From contig JAXLYB010000002.1 of NCBI GenBank assembly GCA_046351675.1, positions 192,001 to 256,000 of the forward strand: DNA of 64,000 bases, read 5' to 3'. The DNA comes from Myxococcaceae bacterium (GTDB taxonomy: Bacteria; Myxococcota; Myxococcia; Myxococcales; Myxococcaceae). Shown piece after piece: positions 36,581 through 46,318 of the stretch. Each line of letters begins with the position of its first letter. The first letter of the stretch is position 1. A program made the position numbers and the translations under genes. A model generated the notes under the pieces. It was not told where the DNA came from. It saw only the letters and a list, made by a program, of their open reading frames with translations, and made no database searches.

Positions 36581-37249
36581 TCAGTTGCACATCGAGTACT
36601 CGCGGCCGTCGGCGTTGATGATGGGGTAGCCGTTGCTGTTGCGCGTGATGGTCAGCGGCACCGGCGAGAGCACCGGGTTCTCGGGCGAGCTCAAGTACAG
36701 CTGGCCACCCTTCACCGCCCACTGGCCGCCGTTGGTGCGGTTGCCCGTCGCCTGCGCCACCGTGCCCGTGTACGCGTTGTTCGAATAGATGTCGGACTCG
36801 CTGAAGTCCTGCCAGGTGCCGTTCGCGTTGAAGTGCACCTTCTGGGTGTAGCTGTTGCCGTTCGAGTAGCGCAGCCAGCACCAGTTCGACGAGAGCAGCA
36901 GGCGGCTGAGCTGATCATTTCCCGCGGGCGTGGCCTTCGGCGCGACCGGTGGCGCCACGGTCTCGGCGGCCGGCTTGTTCTTCTTGCCGCCCGCGCGCGT
37001 GAGCTGCACCGGCATGCCGCCGAGGTTCACCACCAGCACGTCGCCGTTGACCTGGTACGGCAGGCGGTCGGCCTCTCCGTCGGGGTCGGTCAACGTCAGC
37101 GTCGAGCCGTCGCTCTTCCACTTGAGCGGGTCGCCTTCCATCGAGCCGGTGCCGTTGGCGTTGAGGGTGAGGAAGGGCTCGCCGTTCATCTGCCACGAGC
37201 CGACGAGCGGGTTGGGCGCTGCTGCCACCACGAGGAGCGCGAGGAGCAT
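36581..37249 (-). CDS. secreted hypothetical protein (start at MLLALL; ORF opens 37273)
   Basis: Signal peptide MLLALLVVAAAPN. Asn/Gly/Ser-rich beta-type composition. Confidence 0.5.
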   Translation of the reverse strand: MLLALLVVAAAPNPLVGSWQMNGEPFLTLNANGTGSMEGDPLKWKSDGSTLTLTDPDGEADRLPYQVNGDVLVVNLGGMPVQLTRAGGKKNKPAAETVAPPVAPKATPAGNDQLSRLLLSSNWCWLRYSNGNSYTQKVHFNANGTWQDFSESDIYSNNAYTGTVAQATGNRTNGGQWAVKGGQLYLSSPENPVLSPVPLTITRNSNGYPIINADGREYSMCN

Positions 37250-37294
37250 GGCCCCAAGTGTAGGGCAGGACACGGTTTGCTAGCGTGCGCCGCG

Positions 37295-38527
37295 ATGCAG
37301 CTGGACCGCATTCGGCAGAAGGTGTGGGCGGGTGAACGCCTCAACGACCAGGAGCTCGACGAGCTCCAGCGCGCCGCCCAACGCGAAGGTGGTCCCACGC
37401 TGCGCACCACCGTGGCCCAGGCGCTGATCAACGCCGACGCCGTGGTGCAGGCGCTGCCGATTCTCGAGGCCGTGCGCCGCGACTTCCCGCGCGACGTGCA
37501 GGCCCACCTCGCGCTCGGCCGCGCGCTCTGTTCCCTCGAGAAGTGGAACGAGGCCGTCGCGCCGCTCGAGCAGGCGCTCGCGCTGCAGCCCGGCGACCCC
37601 GAGCCGATGAAGGCGCTCGCCGTCGTCGCGCTGCGCCGCGGGGAGTTCGCCCGCGCGCGCTCGCTGCTCGACGCGGTGCTCGCCGACGACCCGCTCGACG
37701 ACGAGGCGCGCGTGCTGCTGGCCGAGCTCGAAGAAGACACGCCGCCCGCCACGGTGCCGACGCTCGACGACTTCTCCCGCGCGCTCATCGAGCGGCTGCG
37801 CGCGCAGAGCACGCCGCACGTGGTCGCCAAGGGACAGCTCACGATTCGGCTCGGCCGGGGCGCGGTGGCGCGCTTCGACCTGCGCGGGCTCTTCGAAGAG
37901 GCGATGCAGGTCGGCCGCGGCGTCGACGAGGCGGTGACGCTGGTGGCGCGCGACCTCGCCGAGCGCACGCTGGGGTTGCCGCCGGGCAAGGTGCCGCTGT
38001 TGGCGCGCGTGCTGCCGGTGCTGCGCGACGCGCAGTTCCTCGAGCGCGGCGAGGGCAGCGTGCACCGCGAAGGTCCCGCGTCGCTGCTCATCTTCTATGC
38101 GCTCGATGATCCCGAGGCGGTGCTCTACGTGCCCGAGGGCCTGGTGCGCGCGCTGAGCATCAGCGCCGAGGAGCTCGACGAAGCCGCGTGGAAGAACCTC
38201 GAGACGCGCGGCGCCGAGGTGCGCTCGCTCGAGCTCGAGCAGGGCGCGCTGCGGCTGTCGAACTCGGTGACGGGGCTGTGGGCGCTCGCGCACGGTGATG
38301 GCCACGACGCGGCGCGGCTGCTGACGCGCTCGCACCAGCAGAAGATGGTCGAGGCCGCGGGCGACGGGCCGCTGCGCGTGTACCTGGGGCTGCGCGAGCT
38401 GGTGTTGTTCTGCCGCGAGTCAGACGACGCGAACGTGGCGAAGCTCGACGGGCTCGAAGCCGCGCGCGAGGGCATCAGCGGTGCGTGGCGCCTGCACGAA
38501 GGCAAACTGACCTCAGTCCCCGAATAA
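37295..38527 (+). CDS. TPR repeat protein (only the 3' 410 codons of the 662-aa track ORF)
   Basis: MQLDRIRQKVWAGERL... followed by LALGRALCSLEKWNEAVAPLEQALALQP-type TPR units. Confidence 0.6.
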   Translation: MQLDRIRQKVWAGERLNDQELDELQRAAQREGGPTLRTTVAQALINADAVVQALPILEAVRRDFPRDVQAHLALGRALCSLEKWNEAVAPLEQALALQPGDPEPMKALAVVALRRGEFARARSLLDAVLADDPLDDEARVLLAELEEDTPPATVPTLDDFSRALIERLRAQSTPHVVAKGQLTIRLGRGAVARFDLRGLFEEAMQVGRGVDEAVTLVARDLAERTLGLPPGKVPLLARVLPVLRDAQFLERGEGSVHREGPASLLIFYALDDPEAVLYVPEGLVRALSISAEELDEAAWKNLETRGAEVRSLELEQGALRLSNSVTGLWALAHGDGHDAARLLTRSHQQKMVEAAGDGPLRVYLGLRELVLFCRESDDANVAKLDGLEAAREGISGAWRLHEGKLTSVPE

Positions 38528-38529
38528 AA

Positions 38530-38571
38530 CTCCCTCTCCCTGCAAAGCGGGGAGAGGGTCGGGGTGAGGGG
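38530..38571. repeat. REP-like element copy
   Basis: ctccctctccctgcaaagcggggagagggtcggggtgagggg. Confidence 0.8.
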
Positions 38572-38586
38572 CCAACCATCACTCCT

Positions 38587-40170
38587 TCACTCAACGACCC
38601 CGCCCCGCGCCGTCACCAACGCCCGAAGCTCCTCGAGCTGCGCCCCCTTCACATTCCGCCCCGGCCGAGCGACCAACTTCCGCCCCGCCGGCACCACCCC
38701 GAGCACCTCGCGCACGGTGACGAGCACCCGCTCAATCCACCCCGGATTCGGCGGCACCTCGAGTTCGAGCGCCACCTCGTTCGCCGTCACCCGCACCTCG
38801 AGCCCCCAGTCCTTCGGCTCGTAGTGCAGCACGAACACCGCCACCTCGGGCACCCCGGTCGCGAGCGCCCGCGGGATGAGCGACGGCCCGCCCTCGCGCG
38901 CCCACAAGCCGACGCCGAACACCAACCGCAACGAGCGCAGCCCCCGCACCACGGGGAGCGCGAGCACCTCGCTGAGCAGGTGCGGGTACGCCACGCCCGA
39001 CAGCACCTCGAGCTTCGTGAAGCGCGGCAGCTGAGCCAGCGCGTCGTCATCGAGCCGCACGCCCTTCACGCTGCGCAGCCCGGGATGCCGCCCCGCCAAT
39101 TGCGTAAAGGTGCAGCTCGGATCCTCGAGGGAGGTCAGCGACTTCATGACCGGGTGCATGGTGATCTCGTAGCCGCCGCGGCCGGCGAGCTGCTCCACCG
39201 TCGCCCAGTGGGGATCTCCCGCGACCTTCTCGAGCTCGAGCTGCAGTGACTTCGCGTTGCCCTGCTTCAGCTCGACGCGCGAGAGGAAGCCGCGCGAGAA
39301 CTCCGCGTCCTTGATCACCCCCGCCAGCGGACCCACCCACTCCGCGAGGTGCGCGCTGATCAGCTCCTTCACGCGCTTCTTCTGCGCCGGGGTCGCCGTG
39401 CCCGCACGCTCGGCCTCCTGCAGCGTCATCAACTCCCCGCGCGGGTCTCCCGCCTCGAGGAGCGCATCCATCAACACCCGCCGCGCCGCCTCATCGAGCG
39501 GGTTCTGCAGCACCGCGTCGATCAACCGCGTGGTCGACTTCGCCTCGTGCGCGGAGCGCTCCTTCGCCGCCGCCGAGCTGACCACGCCCTTCGCGGCCGC
39601 GACCTTCGCCAGCACCTCGGCGCTCAACGTGACCGAAGGCAGCTCGAGTCCCTTCGCGAGCCGCTCGTAGTGCCCCTTCAAGAACGCCTGCCACGGCACG
39701 CTGTCCTTCCACGTGGCGCTGGTCGCGGTGAGCGACTCCCACGCGGCCACGTCACGCAGGTGCCCCGCGAGCGCGACCAGCTGCGTCCAGAACGGCCGCG
39801 CGCCGGTGCTGGTGAACGGAGGATTCGCGTAGGTGTGCGCGACGAAGCGGTCGAGGCGCGGGTCGGGCGCGAACTTCACGAGCGCCGTCACCCGGTCGCG
39901 CAGCACGGTCGCCGAGCCGCCCGCCATCGCCGCGAGCAACGCCGAGAGGTCTCCCGGTCGCTTCTTCGCCGCCACGTCGTCCCACGTCTTCGCGTCGACC
40001 TTCGTGCCCACCGTCTCGCCCAGCGCGACGAGTGCATCGGCCAGCTCGCGATGCGGGGCCTGCCGCCACGCGTCCAGCAACGCCGCCACCGCGTCCGCCG
40101 GCTTGCCTGCCTGCTGGGCCTTCTCCGCCGCCGCCACCAGCGCCTCGACGCTCTTCGCCGCTTTCGCCAT
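38587..40170 (-). CDS. hypothetical protein with TIGR02996-like 'repeat-companion' domain (paralog of 20061-21221)
   Basis: AARRVLMDALLEAGDPRGELMTLQEAE. Length 527 aa. Confidence 0.6.
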   Translation of the reverse strand: MAKAAKSVEALVAAAEKAQQAGKPADAVAALLDAWRQAPHRELADALVALGETVGTKVDAKTWDDVAAKKRPGDLSALLAAMAGGSATVLRDRVTALVKFAPDPRLDRFVAHTYANPPFTSTGARPFWTQLVALAGHLRDVAAWESLTATSATWKDSVPWQAFLKGHYERLAKGLELPSVTLSAEVLAKVAAAKGVVSSAAAKERSAHEAKSTTRLIDAVLQNPLDEAARRVLMDALLEAGDPRGELMTLQEAERAGTATPAQKKRVKELISAHLAEWVGPLAGVIKDAEFSRGFLSRVELKQGNAKSLQLELEKVAGDPHWATVEQLAGRGGYEITMHPVMKSLTSLEDPSCTFTQLAGRHPGLRSVKGVRLDDDALAQLPRFTKLEVLSGVAYPHLLSEVLALPVVRGLRSLRLVFGVGLWAREGGPSLIPRALATGVPEVAVFVLHYEPKDWGLEVRVTANEVALELEVPPNPGWIERVLVTVREVLGVVPAGRKLVARPGRNVKGAQLEELRALVTARGGVVE

Positions 40171-40268
40171 GGTGCGGTTCTACCGTTCGCGAAGACCCCG
40201 AATTCACTCAAAGTGCACTGCTCGACTTCCCACTTTTCGAGGCTCGGCCGTCATCGAGGGCGAATCGT

Positions 40269-40781
40269 GTGAACGACCATGGAACGCTCTCGACCTGGTA
40301 CGAGAAATACGGCGCGCTCGTGCATCGCCGCTGCCGCACGCTCATGGGCAACGACGCCGACGCGAACGACGCGCTCCAGGAGACGTTCTTGCGCGCGCAC
40401 CGCACCCGAAAGGACGACGTGATGCAGCCGCTGCCCTGGCTCTACGCCATCGCCACGCGCATCTGCTTCGACGCGCTCGAGTCGAGCAAGCGGCGACGGC
40501 CGACCGATGACTCGGTGCTCACGCGCCTCAAGGAATTCGTCGGGCTGGCCGAGGCGCGCCATGCGTCGGTGGAAGACAAGCTCTGCATGGGCTCGGCGTT
40601 GGTGACGCTCGAGGCGACGACGCGCGAGATGGCGTTGCTCCACTGGGTCGACGGCATGACGCAGGAAGAGGTGGCGCAGCAGACGGGGTATTCGCGGAAG
40701 ACGGTCGGCGTGAAGTTGCGTGAGGCCGAGGTGAAGTTGCGCGGGCTGTATGGCGCCGAGCTGACGGAGGTGTCGACGTGA
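40269..40781 (+). CDS. ECF-family sigma-70 factor (GTG start; 170 aa)
   Basis: Region 2 (YEKYGALVHRRCRTLMGNDADANDALQETFLRAH) and region 4 (MTQEEVAQQTGYSRKTVGVKLREAEVKLR) are present. Confidence 0.8.
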   Translation: MNDHGTLSTWYEKYGALVHRRCRTLMGNDADANDALQETFLRAHRTRKDDVMQPLPWLYAIATRICFDALESSKRRRPTDDSVLTRLKEFVGLAEARHASVEDKLCMGSALVTLEATTREMALLHWVDGMTQEEVAQQTGYSRKTVGVKLREAEVKLRGLYGAELTEVST

Positions 40782-40792
40782 AGACCCAGAAA

Positions 40793-40833
40793 CTCCCTCT
40801 CCCCTCGAGAGGGGAGAGGGTCGGGGTGAGGGG
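40793..40833. repeat. REP-like element copy (direct orientation)
   Basis: ctccctctcccctcgagaggggagagggtcggggtgagggg. Confidence 0.8.
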
Positions 40834-40875
40834 CGCGCCGCAGCAAACAATGTTTTCGCGGAAGACGGTGTCGAC

Positions 40876-41634
40876 ATGAGCGCTGAAGGCCCCTCACCCC
40901 AGCCCTCTCCCCTCTCGAGGGGAGAGGGAGAGCTTGCCCCGACCCGCCGCGAAGGCTGCCCCGCGCGCGTCACGCTCGAGAGCGCCTCAGCCGGAGACTG
41001 GGCCGATGGAATCCGCGCCCACGTCGACGCCTGCCCGCACTGCCGCGAACAACTCCAGGCGCTCGAAGCCCACCGCGCCGCCTTCCTCGCCGCGCGCCCG
41101 ACCGAGCGATTCCTCGGTCAACTCGACGCCCGCGCGCAGAAGAAGCCCGCCCGGCGCGCCTGGCTCCCCGCACTCGGCCTCGTCGCCACCGCCGCCGTCG
41201 CGCTCTTCGTCCTCCTGCCGCGCAACCCGGATCCTACCGGTGTGAACTTCAAGGGCCTCTCGAGCATCGCGCTCAAGCGTGGCGACCGCGTCGAGACTGC
41301 CGCCTCGTCCACGAAGCTCGCCCCCGGCGACGCCCTGCGCTTCTCGGTGCACGCCCCACGCGACGGCTTCGCAGTGGTGCTCGAGCGCGACGGCGCCGGC
41401 AAGGTGACCATCGTCGCGCCCTTCGCCGCGACCGCGCCGCTGGCGGTGAGCGTGGGCACGACCGACCTCCCCGACTCCGCGGTGCTCGACGACGTGCGCG
41501 GCGCCGACACCTTCTTCACCGTCTTCTCCGAGCAGCCCTTCGAGCTGAAGCCACTCGTCGACGCGCTCGAGCGCGGAGAATCACCGCGCTGCCCCGGCTG
41601 CACCGTGGAGGTGTCGAGCTTCGACAAGCCGTGA
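40876..41634 (+). CDS. zf-HC2 (ChrR/RsrA-like) anti-sigma factor with one TM helix
   Basis: HVDACPHCREQL zinc-finger motif, and TM WLPALGLVATAAVALFVLL. The first 20 codons are REP-derived (SPQPSPLSRGEGE). Confidence 0.7.
   Translation: MSAEGPSPQPSPLSRGEGELAPTRREGCPARVTLESASAGDWADGIRAHVDACPHCREQLQALEAHRAAFLAARPTERFLGQLDARAQKKPARRAWLPALGLVATAAVALFVLLPRNPDPTGVNFKGLSSIALKRGDRVETAASSTKLAPGDALRFSVHAPRDGFAVVLERDGAGKVTIVAPFAATAPLAVSVGTTDLPDSAVLDDVRGADTFFTVFSEQPFELKPLVDALERGESPRCPGCTVEVSSFDKP
40890..40928. repeat. REP-like element copy (inverted orientation), overlapping the 5' end of the anti-sigma ORF
   Basis: cccctcaccccagccctctcccctctcgaggggagaggg. Confidence 0.8.
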
Positions 41635-43202
41635 TGCGCGCCTTCATCCTCCGTCTCGCCGTGGCGCTCATCCTCTCGTGGGGAGCGACGAGCTTTGCGG
41701 GCGAGGCGCCGGTGCGGCTGCTGCTCGCGTTCGGCAGCGACCTGGGCGACCCCGACGAGGCGCCGCTCTCGCACGCCGAGGAAGACGCCCAGCGCCTGCG
41801 CGACCTCTTCACCGAGCTGGGCAGCGTGGAGTCCTCGCGCGCCCTCGTGCTCCGCCGCGCCGCCGCCGACAAGGTGCGCGAGCGCTTCGCCGAGCTGCAG
41901 GGCCGCGTCGCCGAGCTGAAGGCCGCGGGCAAGCGCGTCGAGCTGGTGGTCTTCGCCTCGGCGCACGGCAAGGGCGGCGCATTGCACCTCGCCGGCACAC
42001 GCCTCGAGTTGGACGAATTGCGCGAGCTCGCCCGCCGCTGCGGCGCCGACCTCACCATCACCATCGTCGACGCGTGCGAGGCCGGCCTCTCGCGCGCGAA
42101 GGGCTCGCAGAAGGGCCCCGCGTACCAGCTCACGGTGACGCCGCCGTCGGTGAAGGGCGAGGTCTTCATCGCGTCGTCGGGCGCGAGCGAGGCCGCGCAG
42201 GAATGGGAAGCGCTCTCGGGCTCGCTCTTCACGCACCACCTGATCAGCGGCCTGCGCGGAGACGCCGACGGCGACGGCGACGGCACCGTCACCCTGATGG
42301 AAAGCTACGCGTACGCCGAGCACCGCACGGTGGCCAACAGCCTCGACCGCGGCCAGCACCCGGAGTTCGCCGTGAAGCTCGAGGGCGCCAGCGACGTGGT
42401 GCTCACCCGCCTCGACCAGGGCCGCGCGAAGGTGGTGCTCGACGAGAACCTCGAGGGCCGCTTCGTGCTCGTCTCGCAGCCGCGGCCCGACGTGGTGACC
42501 GAGGTGAGCAAGGTGCGCGGCAAGCCGCTGACGCTCGCCGTGCCCGCGGGCCGCTACGTGCTGCGGCAGGCGCGCGGCTTCTCGGTGGCGATGCAAGACG
42601 TCGAGCTCCCGTACGGAGGCACCTCGCGCGTCGACGGCAAGCGCTTCGTCACGCGCGACTACGCCGAGGTCGCGCTGAAGGGCGGCGCGCTGGAGTTCCA
42701 CCCGCAAGCCATCCAGCTCGGCGCCGCGCTCTCACTGCCGCCCGAAGACGGCACGCCCGCACGCTGGGAAATGCAGGGCGCGTGGCGGTACACGGCCGGC
42801 CGCGCGTGGCTCCTCGTCGGCGGCGGGTGGGGTACCGCGCGCTTTCGCGGCGTCGGGCTGACGACTCGCGACAACCGTTTTGCCGTGCGAGTGCAGGGCG
42901 GCGGCCGCTTCTGGCTCGGGCCGTTGAGCTTGATGCCCGGGCTGGAGCTCGAAGGCTCCGTGCTGAGGCAGGATTCCGAGCGCGACCAGGAGGCGGAGAT
43001 TCTCCGCAGCTATCCCCCGCTGCCGATTCGCGTGACGGCGGGTCTCGGGGTCGGTCCCGTGGTGCGCGGTGAGCTCCCGCTGCCCGGGCCGCTGTTCGCC
43101 ACGCTCTCCGCCGGGGCCTCGCTGCGTTGGCTGCCGCTGGTCGACGCGCCGGCCTTCTCCTTCGGGGCCCATGCGGACGTGGGGCTGGGGGTGCGCTTTT
43201 GA
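41631..43202 (+). CDS. secreted caspase-like (clan CD peptidase C14/C13-like) domain protein with a C-terminal outer-membrane beta-barrel-like domain
   Basis: Signal peptide MMRAFILRLAVALILSWGATSFA. His motif VVFASAHGKGG and Cys motif TIVDACEAG (compare caspase QACxG and legumain EACESG). The C-terminus has alternating beta strands and ends in Phe (GLGVRF). ATGA overlap with the anti-sigma. Confidence 0.65.
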   Translation: MMRAFILRLAVALILSWGATSFAGEAPVRLLLAFGSDLGDPDEAPLSHAEEDAQRLRDLFTELGSVESSRALVLRRAAADKVRERFAELQGRVAELKAAGKRVELVVFASAHGKGGALHLAGTRLELDELRELARRCGADLTITIVDACEAGLSRAKGSQKGPAYQLTVTPPSVKGEVFIASSGASEAAQEWEALSGSLFTHHLISGLRGDADGDGDGTVTLMESYAYAEHRTVANSLDRGQHPEFAVKLEGASDVVLTRLDQGRAKVVLDENLEGRFVLVSQPRPDVVTEVSKVRGKPLTLAVPAGRYVLRQARGFSVAMQDVELPYGGTSRVDGKRFVTRDYAEVALKGGALEFHPQAIQLGAALSLPPEDGTPARWEMQGAWRYTAGRAWLLVGGGWGTARFRGVGLTTRDNRFAVRVQGGGRFWLGPLSLMPGLELEGSVLRQDSERDQEAEILRSYPPLPIRVTAGLGVGPVVRGELPLPGPLFATLSAGASLRWLPLVDAPAFSFGAHADVGLGVRF

Positions 43203-43264
43203 CTTCCCACAATTTTCGAGTCGGCCGTCTTGAGGGCGCAGCGCACCTTCACTCACTCTCGAGG

Positions 43265-45082
43265 ATGACCGACATGACGTTCCGCAAAGCACTCTTGACC
43301 GCCGCGATGACCGTGCTCGCGGCCTGCCAGCAACCCGGTGGTACGGGCCCGAAGTACCAGGGCGAGCCGCTCTTCACCGTGAAGGGCCAGATGGCCCTCA
43401 CCAACGGAGGCACCGCGCCCTCGGGCCCGATTCGCCTCGCCGTCGCGTGGTACCCCGACTCGTCGTCGAACAGCGCCCCGCGCGCGATGGTCACGCAGGA
43501 CGTGCAGTACCAGGGCACCTTCCCGCTCAACTATTCGTTCTCGTTCTTCGGCGTGCCTCCGGCCGCGGCGCTGAGCGACTACACGAACGCGGGCGCGACG
43601 ACGCGCGCGGCCTTCGGCGTGTTGATGGCGTACGAAGACGTGAACGGCAACGGCCAGCTCGACACCATCGCCGCGGGTGGCAGCCCGGTCGACCACGTGC
43701 TCGGCACCTCGCTGGGTGACCGCTTCAACGGCGACGACACGACGGATCAGATCTACGTCGCGTACGTCGACGGCCAGCCGCCCAGCGACTGGGTCGGCTA
43801 CGGCCCGGGCTTCCAGCTGTGGAAGTCGGGCACCATCGTGCCGGTCAGCACCAGCGTGCCGATTCCGCTGCACCAGACCAACGAGCTCGACTTCTTCGTC
43901 TGCGAGGAGTTCATCAAGAGCTCGGGCTACGGCTACGACCTGCCGTGCCACATCGCGCCGACCGACGGCGTGCGCGTCATCGGCAACGTCTACCGCCTCG
44001 ACGGCGTGGGCTACGCCGGCCTGCGCATCACCGACGGCACCAACGCGCTCAGCAACATGACGGTCGAGGTGAACGGCGCGCCGGTGGCGTTCGACGCCGC
44101 GTCGGGCCTCTACTCCGCGTACGGCACGATTCCCGTCAACGCGCCCGGCCGCAACGTGGTCCGCGTGACGCCACCCGGCCAGCCCGCGCGCGTGTTCGAG
44201 ATGGATGCCCCGGCTGACTTCGCGCTCCAGGCGCCGAGCGATGGCCTGCACCTGCTCGCCGGCTCGCCGCTGAACGTGGGCTGGACCCGCGCCGCCGGCG
44301 CGAGCTTCTACAACGTGGGCGCCAACCGCGTGACGCCGCCCTTCGCGTCGACCAACGTCGAGCTCGTCTACGACCGCGGCCAGGCGCAGCTCGGCACGCA
44401 GCTGAGCGGCTTCACCGACGACGACTACTACCAGCTGCAGGTGGTCGCCTTCGCGCCCAACTACCTGGCGCGTGGCCGCGGCGGCTCGATGGTGAACACC
44501 TCGGCGATTCGCCAGGCCTACGTCGACGTCATCGCGGCGAACGCCGGGCTGCGCGTCGAGGGCACCGTCACGCACTACACGTTCATGGGCCAGTCGTCGG
44601 GCAGCGCGTGGGTGCAGGCGTTCGACGGCATCACCTCGCTGCAGCAGGCCACCGTGACGCTCAACGGCGACGCGCTGACGTGGGACGCGACGTACCAGAT
44701 GTTCGGCCTCGACACGGCCAACGTGCAGCCGGGCGCGTCGTCGACGTTCTCGCTGTCGACCTCGAGCCGCAGCGCGGTGAGCGTGCAGGTCGCGCTGCCC
44801 GGTGACTTCACGGTCGACCCGCTGCCGGCCTCGCAGTCGAAGAGCGCGCCGCTGTCGCTCACGTGGTCGGCGTCGTCGGGCGCGACCTCGTACCGGGTGT
44901 GGGCGGTCGACGCGCAGGGCCAGCAGCTGTTCTTCGACAACGTGGCGGGCACGTCGGCGCAGATTCCCGCGCTGAACGTCGAGGGTGACGTGTACGTGAG
45001 CGTCGCGGCGTACCTCCAGGGCGCTGATCGTCACCTCGCGGGCGCGGTGCAGAAGACCAACGCGGTGACGCTGACGCCGTGA
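43265..45082 (+). CDS. hypothetical lipoprotein (605 aa)
   Basis: MTDMTFRKALLTAAMTVLAAC lipobox, then a beta-rich composition. Confidence 0.7.
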   Translation: MTDMTFRKALLTAAMTVLAACQQPGGTGPKYQGEPLFTVKGQMALTNGGTAPSGPIRLAVAWYPDSSSNSAPRAMVTQDVQYQGTFPLNYSFSFFGVPPAAALSDYTNAGATTRAAFGVLMAYEDVNGNGQLDTIAAGGSPVDHVLGTSLGDRFNGDDTTDQIYVAYVDGQPPSDWVGYGPGFQLWKSGTIVPVSTSVPIPLHQTNELDFFVCEEFIKSSGYGYDLPCHIAPTDGVRVIGNVYRLDGVGYAGLRITDGTNALSNMTVEVNGAPVAFDAASGLYSAYGTIPVNAPGRNVVRVTPPGQPARVFEMDAPADFALQAPSDGLHLLAGSPLNVGWTRAAGASFYNVGANRVTPPFASTNVELVYDRGQAQLGTQLSGFTDDDYYQLQVVAFAPNYLARGRGGSMVNTSAIRQAYVDVIAANAGLRVEGTVTHYTFMGQSSGSAWVQAFDGITSLQQATVTLNGDALTWDATYQMFGLDTANVQPGASSTFSLSTSSRSAVSVQVALPGDFTVDPLPASQSKSAPLSLTWSASSGATSYRVWAVDAQGQQLFFDNVAGTSAQIPALNVEGDVYVSVAAYLQGADRHLAGAVQKTNAVTLTP

Positions 45083-45121
45083 GCTTCAGTTTCGTGAAGT
45101 GATTGGGGCGAGGGAGAGAGC

Positions 45122-45889
45122 GTGCGAGGGTGTCTCATGCCCCGCGCGCTCGTCTTCCTCGCTCTCGTCGTTGGTGCCGGTTGCAGCCCCGTCTCGCGCT
45201 CGCTGCGTCCCGATGGACTCGAGCTCGTGACGCTGACCCACGACAACACCAACGCGGTGTTGGTGAAGAAGGGCGACGCGGCGTTCCTGTTCGACAGCGG
45301 CTACGAGAAGAACGCTGATCAGCTCGAGGCCGACCTGCGCGCGCTGCCGTTCGACCCGAAGCAGTTGAAGGCCATCATCTTGAGCCACGGGCACGCGGAC
45401 CACGCGGGCGCGGCGCACGTCTTCCACCAGAAGTTCGGCACGCCGGTGGTGCTCGGGTCGGGCGACGAGGCGATGTACGGGAAGGGGTTCAACGAGCCGC
45501 TGTGTCCGACGGGGTTCATCGCGCGGTCGCGGCTCGATACGGATCAGCAAGCGACGTTCGGAGGTTCGGTGGCCGACGTGCTGGTGAGCGAAGACGTCGA
45601 CCTCGAGCCGCTCACCGGAATTCCGGGGAAGGTGCTGCACGTGCCGGGTCACACGAAGGGCTCGCTGGTGGTGTCCGTCGGCGACGTCTTGCTGGTGGGA
45701 GACCTGCTGCGCGGCGACATCGTGGGGTTCGGCGCCGAGACGCACTTCTTCATGTGCGACCTCGAGGAGAACCGCCGCAACATCGCCGCGCTGTTGCGTG
45801 CGCACCCGAAGGCCCAGGTCGTCGTCGTTGGGCACTTCGGGCCGGTCACGCCGCTGGCGGTGCGCCAGCACTTCGAGATCAACGACTGA
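45122..45889 (+). CDS. MBL-fold metallo-hydrolase lipoprotein
   Basis: LSHGHADHAG zinc-binding motif, VPGHTKGS, and lipobox LVVGAGC. Confidence 0.8.
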   Translation: MRGCLMPRALVFLALVVGAGCSPVSRSLRPDGLELVTLTHDNTNAVLVKKGDAAFLFDSGYEKNADQLEADLRALPFDPKQLKAIILSHGHADHAGAAHVFHQKFGTPVVLGSGDEAMYGKGFNEPLCPTGFIARSRLDTDQQATFGGSVADVLVSEDVDLEPLTGIPGKVLHVPGHTKGSLVVSVGDVLLVGDLLRGDIVGFGAETHFFMCDLEENRRNIAALLRAHPKAQVVVVGHFGPVTPLAVRQHFEIND

Positions 45890-45901
45890 CGCAGAGACGG
45901 A

Positions 45902-46318
45902 TCAGACCGTCATCCCGCACAGCAGACATTCCTTCGCACCGACCGGAATCTCGGCGGCGCACACCTGACACCGCTGGCCAACCGCACGAGGCGCGTCGAT
46001 CACCGTCGGCGCCTCGTGGTGATCGAGCGCCACCTTCGGCGCCTCCACCGGACCGCCGCCGCACGCGTCGACCCACCGCGCGAGCTCGGCCTCGGCAGGC
46101 AGCGGCACACCCAACCCGCCCGGCGCGAACGTGAAGCGCATGCGGCCTTCGCTGATCAGCTCGACCGACAGCCGCAGCGGGCCCTGCAAGTTGACGAAGT
46201 GGTACTCGTGGTCGGCGCGCGACGAGACCGACCAGCCGTTCGCCACGAGCCAGTCCTCCGCGCGGTGCAGCGCGCGCAGCCCCGAACCGGCGCGCTCGAA
46301 CTTCAGCTCCCTGGTCAT
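45902..46318 (-). CDS. hypothetical protein with C-terminal zinc ribbon (CQVC...CLLC)
   Basis: 138 aa. Its ATG overlaps the stop of the upstream cytochrome-like gene (ATGA). Confidence 0.5.
   Translation of the reverse strand: MTRELKFERAGSGLRALHRAEDWLVANGWSVSSRADHEYHFVNLQGPLRLSVELISEGRMRFTFAPGGLGVPLPAEAELARWVDACGGGPVEAPKVALDHHEAPTVIDAPRAVGQRCQVCAAEIPVGAKECLLCGMTV

Noticed and set aside
36539-38527. 662-aa + strand ORF
   Set aside because: The 5' 250 codons are antisense to the IDH and secreted-protein genes. Only 37295-38527 (TPR protein) is kept.
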